The translations under genes were made by a program, and so were the position numbers. Positions 1 to 10,800 of a stretch of 64,000 nt of DNA are shown here, piece after piece; the stretch's first letter is position 1; each line of letters starts with the position of its first letter. The DNA is from Oikopleura dioica (taxonomy: Eukaryota; Animalia; Chordata): positions 16,875,208-16,939,207 of the forward strand of contig OU015568.1 of NCBI GenBank assembly GCA_907165135.1, given 5' to 3'. The notes beneath the pieces were generated by a model. That model saw nothing but the letters and a program-made list of their open reading frames with translations. It did not search any database and was not told the DNA's origin.

Positions 1-3000
1 TATGTGCGTTTTGCATATTTGCGCCGGTGCATCTAAATCAGAAAAGCACATGGCGCTAGAATGGACTGTGAATTTTAATTTTCATTCCGCGGCCGCGCTT
101 CGTTGCGCGTGGATAGACGCTCTTACCTGCGCAGAACATGGCGTCTTTGACCAAATACTGTCCATTCATCGTGTTCGCGCATTGCTGGTCCGACATGATG
201 TCCAGATCGACCTCCTGCAATTGCTCGGCGACGGAGCCTGACTCGGTCTGTCCCCAGCCTGCGACCCAGCACTTTGTTCCAGGCGGGGGGTGCTCACCTT
301 GCGGGGGCAGGCAAGCCGGGGCGGCGAGCGGCTTCTGGTTTAGTTTCATAAAGGGGACTTTAATTATGCAAATGTCATTTTTAATTTGTCGTCTAGAGTA
401 TTCTGGGTGGATGATTAGTTCTTTGGCAGTGTAAGTATACTCGTGCGGGTCTAAACAGCGGATGTCTCCAGTTCAATTCGTTCTTTAAAAATGCTCTAAT
501 AATTAGGCGCTGGACATTCCCACGGAAGCCATCAAAAGAAAAAGATCTTCCATCCGCGCTCCTTTCTGGTGGAAGTAATGGTCGGAAATGGTGCATTTGA
601 CCTTGTCGGGCTTCCGCTGGAATCCGTCGCAGCAATGCGCTGCGGAAATGATCGTTTCGTCATCGACGATCGTTCCGCCGCACAAGAAGTTGTCGAAGGC
701 GATGTTGACGATCCAGGGCCAGCTGTAGGGGACCACGTCTTTGCCTCCGTAGATCCGTTGTTGGAAGTTGCCTTTTGAATCTTCCTAAACAGGGGAAGCA
801 TGAAAGACTGAAGGGAGGGAACAAAAGAGTGTACCTTGCAAACCATGTCTTGCGGAATTCGATCAGTACTACCCGTGGACGAAACGGCGCCCAGATCGGA
901 AACTTCCAGCCCCGTCTCTCTCTGCTCCTTGTGGTCGTTCTTGCAGTACCAGTTGCCCGAGTAGTCGTTTTTGAAGGCTGGGATGTCGATGATCTTTTTC
1001 ATTCCAGCGCCGATTCTCCAGTGGCAGAATCCGTCGGCTTCTTCGCGGCTCTGAAAATTCAGCTCATTATCTGCTTCATAACAGTTTATTCCAGCGCTGG
1101 GTTATCAGTAGTTTAGCACGTTTTTCGACGCGAACTTTTGGCCATTTTTTGGCTATAAACTTTGTGGCAATTTCGATAGATGCGCATAAACAGTGACGCA
1201 AAGAAAACGAGGTCAAAAGAATGTCAAATTGAAGTTCGACTCGAGGGACAGCCGTTCCCTGCCCGAAACTAGCGATAGGCTTATCGTCAGGGGTGTTACG
1301 TGTTCGACAGTATCGGCTGACTCATAAAGGTCGCGAGCCGAGTTATCAGCCGACCGCCGTGAGGACTAAGATCCCTACTACTCTCCTCCTCTCGGGGCGT
1401 TGAAAAGAAACGATGCTCCTCCGTTTCAAGACTTTTGCGCGTCTCTTTTCCACTTGAAACGGTCGCAGCGCACTTTGCTTATCACTATCCTAGGTAGTAG
1501 TCTGCTAGCCCCTTCTGTGAACTCTTACAGGGAATAAATCATTCCGAATGATTAGCATTCTAGCAATAAATCTCTAAGCAAAGAGTGCAAAAGAAGGACG
1601 CTGCAAGTTGACAAAGTTTATGTTTAATTTCTAACACATCTTTGGTGCCAAAACAGCGGGACGGCTCAATACCCCTGATTGAGCTTTTGATCCAAATTAA
1701 ACCGCTGTCGTGGGATTTTGTTATTCCCGTCAACTCGGCGAGGTTGTCACAGATCACACAATATCCGTAATCTGCGGACATCTTTGAACAGCGACACCAT
1801 CTGTCTTCAGTTTTACGTTTCTGGAAAAGGGAGATGTATTTCCCCTTGCACCGGAAGGATGATCGCGACATTTTCCAAAGCAAAAAAAGCTAACCGCCAA
1901 GGCGAGCCAGATTAAACGTCACTACAAAATCGCATTTTCGGATAGCACGAGCCGTTCTATTCAACCAAAACAATATGCCCCAGTGAAATAATATCTCATT
2001 GAAAATGAACTGGGGTCGAAAACCTGAGCGGGAAATAAGAGTCAGGGTTCTGAAAAAATTTAATGAAAGCCGCGGAGCGTAAAAATAATTATTAACCGTA
2101 TTATTGATATTTTTTATTATTAATAATAAAAATTTTATAGAATAAAAATTATTATTTCTAAGCGTAGGGGCTTCGTAACGAAGCCTTCGTTTCTGGAAAA
2201 GCCGCGTAGAGCATAAATCTCTTTCAGAACCCTCAGGCTTTTTACTCCGATTACCAAGGCTGGAAATTGAACTCACCTTTACTGGATGGTCGCACTTGCA
2301 AATGGCCACAACTTTATCGTTGCTCATTGGCATCAGGGCTTGTTTGTTGTTGCAGGAAATTATACATTTTCTGGTTCCAGCGGTCGTCGTGGAACAGGTC
2401 ATCTAAAATCAAGAATGGTGAGTCAGGCTCGTTTTCGTGATCTGGAGGATGTTTTGAGGAGGAGGTGGCCTCGGTTTTGCGCAAAACACCCGTTCGGATT
2501 TGAGGTTCTATTAATTCGAGCTCTGCCCAGGATACTTTTGGACTGCGTCGTCGTCCAATTCTATAAATTTAAAGACGAGACCCTTATTCTGCCTTCTAAG
2601 CCCTTCTAGAGCCAGTAATTAGGAAGGCGAATGCATGATCATTCGAATTTCAAAAACGATTATGAAAAAGCAGCCAATGAATTATGTTCACAAGTTCATC
2701 AGTTTCATAATTGCGAACAAGCCAAGACGCTCCTAATCATGAAATCGAGCGAAGAGCGTAAAATCAAACAAGTTTCGAAGAACACTTACTTGCATCGAGT
2801 CCTGGTCGATCGGCAGCTGCATGCAGGTCTGACAGGAGCCAAAGTCTTTGCTGTTCCAAACTGCTCCGCCGCCTCTTCTCACGCATTTGATCTTGTTAGC
2901 GGTTAATTTTCCGAAGGGCAATTGTAAGAAATTCAACGAAAGTCCAAGTCTTTGGACATTATCTGGGATAGATCTACGCCACAGCCGGGCGAGTTTAGTG

Positions 3001-6000
3001 TCATCGCGGTCTGTATATATTTTTATACCTAAGATAAGGCTCATCCGGTCACCGCCCTTGCCGATCTTTCTCACGGCAGCGGGTACGTTTAGAAACTCCT
3101 TCTGAAAAGAATCGAACTCGCGAAAAAATTGGCGAAATAAAAAGTCACCCCAATTCGACATAAAGATTCCAGGCTAAAGCAACAAAGAAAGGAATAGTTT
3201 GGAATAAAACCAAAGACAGCTGGGTTCAACGGGAGAAAAAGAAGAATCACATAATCATCATCATCTGCTTTTTGAAGGATCAGATTAGTCTGGTCGTTAG
3301 TTTCCAAATTTGCTATTTTGAAATTCGGACCGTTGTAAAACCTGTGTACAAAACCTGAGTCAGGGTCGGGAAAGTGTTTAGTCGCCTTATACACAGGTTT
3401 CTGAGTCCCGCTTTCATTTTCATGACGAAAAAAGCAAACAGCTCGTTTTTAGACGGTCATTTATAAAATAGCAAAATCATAATTACACTCAAAATTGCTG
3501 AGAAACCGTGCTTTGGGGACCGGAAACTGATCATCGCAAAAAACAGGTGCAGAGGGCACAAACAGCAATTACAAAGTGAACGCACGTTTACTGTTGATGG
3601 GATTCTAGCTGCCTAAGAGCAGCGACATAATTACGATCATTACGACCTGCTTATTGTACACAAGAGCTTGTTATCTTGTTCATCTTTGTGATGAGGCTAA
3701 CGGGCAGTTACTGAATCCAAGAAGAGATAAGAACGCTCCGCACGATCGTTTTTATCGAGAAAACAGAAGATAAGATATTACTGGCGCGTTTACTTTAAAC
3801 ACGCGTCTAAATAAGTCTCCTTCGCCAATGTCACATTGGCAATGTGACAATTTAGCACGGCAATTATAATTGCGAGTTAGAAATCAAGACTTTTGGATTA
3901 GAGTTAACACAGTAATACTCATATTTTTCCGATGAAAAGGAATGTTTAAACCTAAAAGAAAATCTTGACCAAAAATTTGATAAAAAATATTGTCGAGGCC
4001 TTTATTTTTGAATAAGGGGGTGACTCTGATATTAAAAAAAATTATTTAAAAAGATTTCAATCTATTAAATTGTCATTATAAAATTTTCAATAAATAGCAA
4101 AAATTATAATATTATTATATTATTAATTATTTATTTTTTATTTTTTTATTAAAAAATATAAAAAAATTACAAGATTTTCAAAATTTATTACAAAATCGAT
4201 TTATTAAAATCTAAATTGCCAAAGAAATATTTTCGGGAAAAGTGAATTTATGATGTGTACTCCCTCAAAAATTCCTGAGAAAAGGTGGGTCACCCCCTTA
4301 AGCTCAATGCTCAATGATGATAGAATTTTAAAATGAAGCTTAGAATTTCGGTCCTGTGAGAAAATATTCCAAGAAATGTGATTTGATTAGGGATTTGAAT
4401 TAATAGAATTGATGATTTTGGAGCGTGTTTAGAAATTAGAAGCGTTCAAGTCACTCCTCGAAAATGTACAAATTCGGCACTCTGTAGCTCTCCACATAAT
4501 CCGGTCCAGCTTGGGCTCACGATGAAATAATGCGTTCACACGTGATAATTATTTGTACCACTCGAAACATGGAGAAGAAGGCTCTTAGCAACAACTCACA
4601 TGCACTTTTGTTTGGCGGTTTAGAAATGTTAACAATTTCGAATTCTGAAATCGCGCGAGTTTGTGGCTTCTGCGCGAATTTCCAGCCACGGCGGAGAAAA
4701 TGAAAAAAGCGAGATAAAGCCCGAGTTCATGAAAAATATATTTAGCCGCTAGAGCCAAGCGTGGAACGTACTCTTATCAAAGGATCAAGCGGATCAGCTC
4801 GTATGGATCAGCAGCTTTGCACGTTTTAGCGCGCCATCACGTGGCCAACACGTTCTATCGTAAAAACGAGAGAATCGCGCACGAGGATTAGTTCCGGCAA
4901 TTTTTAAGAGCAAAGAGATACAGTTCCGCCGCTCTCAAAATTAGCTTTTTTACTTTAAAATTCGTGGAAAAGAGTTCACTTTTTACGAACCAATCAAAAT
5001 GCTTGAAAATATATCTCCACCAATCAGATTTCGCCAAAAAGTCGGAAAAATAACTATCAAAGATTTGATTGGTTGAACGCTTATTATGAGCATTTTGATT
5101 GGTTTTCTCGAAATTAATAAATAATTTATTAAATTATTATAATCAAAAGTAATTGTGTAAAAAATTATTTCTGAAAATCATTGAAATAATAGAAATTAAT
5201 AAAATAATGATGAAAATTAACTTCAACCCTAACCCTAACCGTAACCGTAACCCCGACCCCAACCCAGTGAAATAAGAAAAAAGAAGAACTCAAATCTAAA
5301 AATTAACCTTTCCTTCTGCGCTCCACCATAAACGTCATAATCACGGTTGCATTTTAGCTGGCAAGTGTCTCCACGGCAGAGGACTTTTCCATTGGGCACT
5401 TGGTTGACTTCTTTGAGTGTGCTTTGGCAATTCTGTGTTTCGGATAAAAAGGAGAAATTACGTTTTTGTTTGTGGCCTTCACTCGGCCACAATAAAATAT
5501 GAGTATTGTTAGCTGTAAACATGACGGAGCGTGTTGCCCATTCGTGTTGCATATTTATGAGTTCGGGACTTAGGGAACCTTTAACGTTTGCCTAGGTCAA
5601 CGATTATCCACGCAGAGCCGGGCCAGGAACGTTTTAGGCGGAAATGGCAGTTTTGAACTTTTTACTCGGGAAATCGGCAAATTGGAAAAGTTGCGAAATT
5701 TAAGGGTATAGCATCTACTAAAGTTTAAGGACTTTTTTCTTCAAACTTTTCAAAAGAAAGAGGTTTAATGAATATAAATTTTATCTCAAGTTCAGCTCGT
5801 AAACTCCCTAAAATCTTGTATCAGAAAATAAGGGCGTCACTTTCATATGTCAGGAGAAATTTTGTTCTTTCTCCAAAGCTTATCAAAGTGATTTCCTTAT
5901 TTTATTTCACCAAATAATAAGGGACTAACAAGCTTAATTATTTCCTATCATTCTGCGGGAAAATCTGATTTAAGATGGGTACTCCCTTAATTTTTCTTCA

Positions 6001-7197
6001 CTTGAACCCAAACGATCTTTTTCCCAGCTAGTGAAATCGTCAGGAAATCGAGTTACTAGCTCAAACTTGCATAATTATTGTAATTCTTAACCGGTGGCTG
6101 TTCTCACACCAACGCTGGAATTATGTCAAACAATTTGTCTTTCAATTTTTTGAAATAGCTTTTCGGAAAGGAGGAAGTTTACTGTCCAGCGGAGGTCATG
6201 TTCAAAAGCCCCTAATTAGCTCATCTGACCGCGCCGTGACCACATGTGTTTGCTGCTGGCACATGAGTTTCGCTTAAAATGAGTTAGATAGAGCAATTCT
6301 TTAATCTAAAAAATCAATCGGAAGATTAAGGGAGCCGCTCCTTTGGCTCATCAACTTGGGTAAAAACGGGATGGTGTCTGGAACCGACAAAAATTTCGAC
6401 AAATTTAGCGTTGGCGTCTTCTCGGCTGCTGATTGGCCGGTTTGCCGAATCCAGGCTTCTGATTGGTTGAAAATTTCCCCGCAAAATTTGTCGAAATTTT
6501 TGTCGGTTCCAGATACCTCTCCTAAAAACCAGGGTCAGGTTCTGAGGAGCTTTTTCGGCTACGCAACCATTTATTTTAGCTCTTTAGACCCTGACTCAGG
6601 TTTTTACACACGTTGCTTCACCAAAGCTTTCAGTGAAAAAATAAAGACTCGCGTGTTTTCAATTTCAAAATAAAAATACGCATTCGCCAGCTGAAAAGCT
6701 AAAAATACGCGTTTTTCGAAAATGATACGATAGAAGTGTTTATTTTGCTGGAATATTGAATGAGCCGAAATTAATGTTTTACACAACTCGCGTCGTATCA
6801 TCCCGCCGCAAATTTAATTCAAGGGGTGTATTTCAAACACGATTTTCTCCGCGACTTTTTCAGCGTTTTTAACACGGTGACACCCTTATTTTACTTTTTG
6901 AAAAGAAAGTTTAGGCGATCAATTAAAGTTAATCAAAGTTGATTTTTTGAATTTTTAACAAAAAATTTTTAAAAATTTCTCTAATAAAATCTAAAAAATA
7001 GCATAAATAATCTTTAAAAAATCAAAAAAATAAAAAAATTTTATCCATTCCTTGTAGGTCAAAGGGGTCGAGCGGCCGCCACGATTGCCCTTTCGGCCGC
7101 CTCGACCTCCTTTGCCTTTGCCAGCGTTTTTGCCTTTGCCTCCTTTTCCCTGGGCAAGGACTGCCGAGACCAGCACGAGACCTTGTAAAATCTTCAT
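1..7197 (-). CDS. Secreted mosaic serine protease: signal peptide, G/K/R-rich linker, Cys-rich (sushi-like) region, trypsin (S1A) domain; 3' end outside window
   Basis: Exons 7197-7051, 5432-5313, 2891-2790, 2402-2277, 1050-835, 784-562 and 450-127 join in frame. Signal MKILQGLVLVSAVLA; activation site QQR|IYGG; CGGT..SAAHC (His); IIHPEY..KNDICI (Asp); CWVAGWG; DAMFCAG. The catalytic Ser exon lies beyond base 1. Three GA donors are needed. Confidence 0.85.
4013..4301. repeat. AT-rich element bounded by TAAGGGGGTGAC / GTCACCCCCTTA
   Basis: Short inverted termini. The related motif TAAGGGTGTCAC / GTGACACCCTTA also occurs at about 5829, 5978, 6877, 18450 and 25303-25389. Confidence 0.5.
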
Positions 7198-7795
7198 AGC
7201 TTCTCTCTTTGTTTTTCGCGTCTTCTTTAGTTCGTCAAGAATCGAGTTATTCTCTTTCCAAAATTTATTCTTCGCCGATTTCAAAAAGGATCAAAAAGCA
7301 TAAACCGTCTTTTCTCTCTCTCTTTCTTTTTTACGAAGATATAATCGAGCCCTGTTAATTTCAAGGGCGAGCGAACTAAAGTCGAGTTACTTTTTAGTAA
7401 TTTATGATATTTAACGTCTATCGTAGTGGATTTCTCTGGTCGATGGAGGCGCTCGAGGGAGCGCGCGATGGCGCTCTCGGCCGAGTCCACCAACCACGGG
7501 GTTAGCACTAGCCATGAGCTTTCACGAGAAGCGGCATCGGCGATCTAGCGCTCCCCGTCGACGGCTACAACTTTTTCGCTATTTCGTCTTGAATTTCAAA
7601 TCCACAAATCGCTAATGCTCCCGTTGACCTCTGACGCCGTCTTTTTTATTTGATTTTCTGGAATTTGATTAACTAGGGGCTTCGGAAAGGCGTTTTCGCG
7701 CCGAAACGCCACGTAAGATTCGTGTTTTTGGGTAAGCACCGGTGCTTGCTTTGAAACACGTGCTGCGGAAGTTCTAGCCGGACTATACAAATATC

Positions 7796-7806
7796 GATAT
7801 AAAAGG
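7796..7806 (+). promoter_or_regulatory. TATA box (GATATAAAAGG) in the 670-bp divergent spacer between the protease and the orphan gene
   Basis: TATAAAA about 65 bp upstream of ATG 7867, followed by a strong donor at 7889. Confidence 0.4.
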
Positions 7807-7866
7807 CCGGAAAGCCGTTCAACCCTTTTTCACGGCAAAAGTGAACTCTAGACAGAACTGCCCGGA

Positions 7867-10800
7867 ATGGATATGTTTTCACGAGAAGGTAAGTAATGTC
7901 ACCCTCGAGCGGGGATCAGCCTGCTTTATCGCCGCTATCAAGCTAGAATTATGTTTGATAGAGTTTCTATTTTTCGTTACAATTTTTAGCCTGATGATTT
8001 TCGAAAAATGTTTTCAGGCCAAAAATCACTTTTTAACTGTTAGTGCCATCTTCACCGCCGTCTCAAACCGAGTCGAACGGTATATGTATCGCTTGAAAAT
8101 TCTAGAGTTTCGGGTACTTCCGGTCAAATTTACGAAATTCTAGTATTCCACTGCCGTTTTTGATACAGAAATGGTACTATGGCATATAGCATGTCAAAAT
8201 GACCGCTAGGACGTGAGGAGTGCAGGGGTCTCAAAAAATAAGTACTTTTGCAAAGAAAAGTACCTAAAAATAATCATTTTGTGATTTTTTAGCACGTAAA
8301 ATATCAATTTTTAATTTTTTCGGGCAGAAGTACCCGAAACTCTAGAATTTTCAAGCGATACATATACCGTTCGACTCGGTTTGAGACGGCGGTGAAGATG
8401 GCACTAACAGTTAAAAAGTGATTTTTGGCCTGCAAACATTTTTCGAAAATCATCAAGCTTTCAGGCTGAAAATTATACAGTGAAAACCCATTTTAAGGCC
8501 CACCCTTTTAAGGCCACTTTTTCGAAAAATCTCCAAAATCTGTCATCCTAAAAATCCACTTTAAGGCCACTTTTTTCGAAATCCGAAAGTTACAGTTTCG
8601 CTAGAAAAAGCTAGCTATCTTCGACTGTATCCTCGGCCATTTTGATGTCGATGGCTTTTCAGTGTCAGCATGGTCTGTCACTTGAACTTGAGGCACTTCT
8701 TCAATCTCCATCGGAGTACTTGGACGCGTTTCATCAATTTGAAGCGCCAGAAAATGCTCGACAAATTCTTTTTCTTGTTTGTCAAGAACACTTACTCAAC
8801 ATCGAGATCTTCAAACTGCTCGATTTCTTCTCGTAAATAATCCTCTCGAAGATTTCGAGTGCATGAAGATTTCGATAGAGATTTTTGATCCATTTCTCTG
8901 ACATGTTGACAGAAAAAATATTTTTGAAAGAATGAAAGAAAGAATCACCTAGAGTCCAATTTAAACAACACATTTTGGCAATTGCTTTGAATCATACTTT
9001 GTTCGGGCGATAGAAACATGCAGTAGACTCGAGCATTCCCCTATAGACCCTTATGATTCACTTTTGTCCGAAAAAATGGAAAAATTTGTTGTCATCCGAC
9101 ACAAGGCAAAAAATATCCATTTTAAGGCCACTTTTAAAATCCGCTGTCATCCAAAAAGTGGCCTTAAAATGGGTTTTCACTGTACATTGAAAATTTTACC
9201 AACACTCCTTCCTTGAGCAGCTAGGCTCAGTGGAAAACTCACCGATCCTGTGTTCGGCATCCTGTGTAGAAAACCTGAGTCAAGGCCCGAATGTAAAGCA
9301 GTTATTCATTAAAGATCATTCAGGCCCTGACTCAGGTTTTGAACATAAAAATGGCTTTGTTTTTATTTAAAAAGCTTGAAGAAAATACGATTATTTTGGA
9401 AAAGCTGGGTTCAAGGGACAATTGGCAGGAGAAGAATTAGCATAGAATATGAACTCGGAAAAAGAAGGGAGTCGACCACGCGGTGCGACGTCAGTTTACC
9501 TCAGCTGTGGGTGGAGCACGATCACGTTCCTGCGGAAATCGAAAGCTTTGTGGCAGCTTAGCCGCGTTTCAATTCGACTGGCAGCGATTGGAAAACGTCT
9601 GTCCCACGTAGTAAAGCTCCTTCTTTTTGGATGGAGAGTGACATGTCTAGCAAATAAGACAAATTTGAAGAGTTGGTTACTAAACAGAATTATTCCAGAG
9701 CTCGCTGCATAAATTGAAGAGAAGAACATGAATTTTCTAATTGAACTTTTCGACTCAAAAATCGTCGTTTTATTTTTTCAAGAAAGTTCGTTTTGCTCCG
9801 TGATTTCCATTCCATTCTGTGGCCTGACAATGGAAGCAGATATGATCCGCCTGGGATGCAAAAAGTTACAACGAAAAATGGAAAGGACTGACCACCAGAG
9901 AGGATATGTGATAAAACGAGTAATGTTAATGTACAACGACAGCTGCGGTCGTGCTTAGAGAAACTTTTTTCATAAGAAGGAAATCGTTTCGACAGGCGGT
10001 GATAAAAAACGATCCTTACGTAGCTTGAAATATTTTTAGCTAGGGTTGGAGATTTTTCGGAGATATTTTTAAGCCTAGATAGCTTAATTGAGGGATTGAT
10101 GACTAAGTTCGTGGGGACTAGGTTCGTGGGACTAGGTTCGTAGGTGGTTATGCCAAAGTATGCAAGATGGGGTATGGTTTCCTTTCTATAAGGAACAATG
10201 TGGTGCGACTAGGTTCGTGGGACTAGGTTCGTAGGGGTGCTAGGTTCGTGGGTTTTGAAATTAGAGATTTTTCTATAAGTATTATAAAAATTATAAATTT
10301 TTTTTATAAGGAACAATTGAGTGCGACTAGGTTCGTGGGACTAGGTTCGTGGGTTTTGAAATTTTTTTTTATAAGGAACAATTGAGTGCGACTAGGTTCG
10401 TGGGACTAGGTTCGTGAGTTTTGAAATTTTTTTATAAGGAACAATTGAGTGCGACTAGGTTCGTGGGACTAGGTTCGTGGGTTTTGAAATTTTTATAAGG
10501 AAAAGGAGGGTGCGACTAGGTTCGTGAGACCAGGTTCGTGGGTTTTGAAATTTTTTTATAAGGAAAAAAGGGTGCGACTAGGTTCGTGAGACCAGGTTCG
10601 TGGGTTTTGAAATTTTTTATAAGGAAAAGAAGGGTGCGACTAGGCTCGTGGGACTAGGTTCGTGGGTTTAGAAATTTTTTTATAAGGAAAAGGGGGTGCG
10701 ACTAGGTTCGTGGGACTAGGTTCGTGAAGACTAGGTTCGTGAAGACTAGGTTCGTGGGACTAGGTTCGTGGGACTAGGTTCGTGAAGATTAGGTTCGTGA

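Noticed and set aside
9830-9958. SERTA-like motif in IRLGCKKLQRKMERTDHQRGYVIKRVMLMYN
   Set aside because: Similarity is too weak, and the latter half probably lies past a donor at about 9920.
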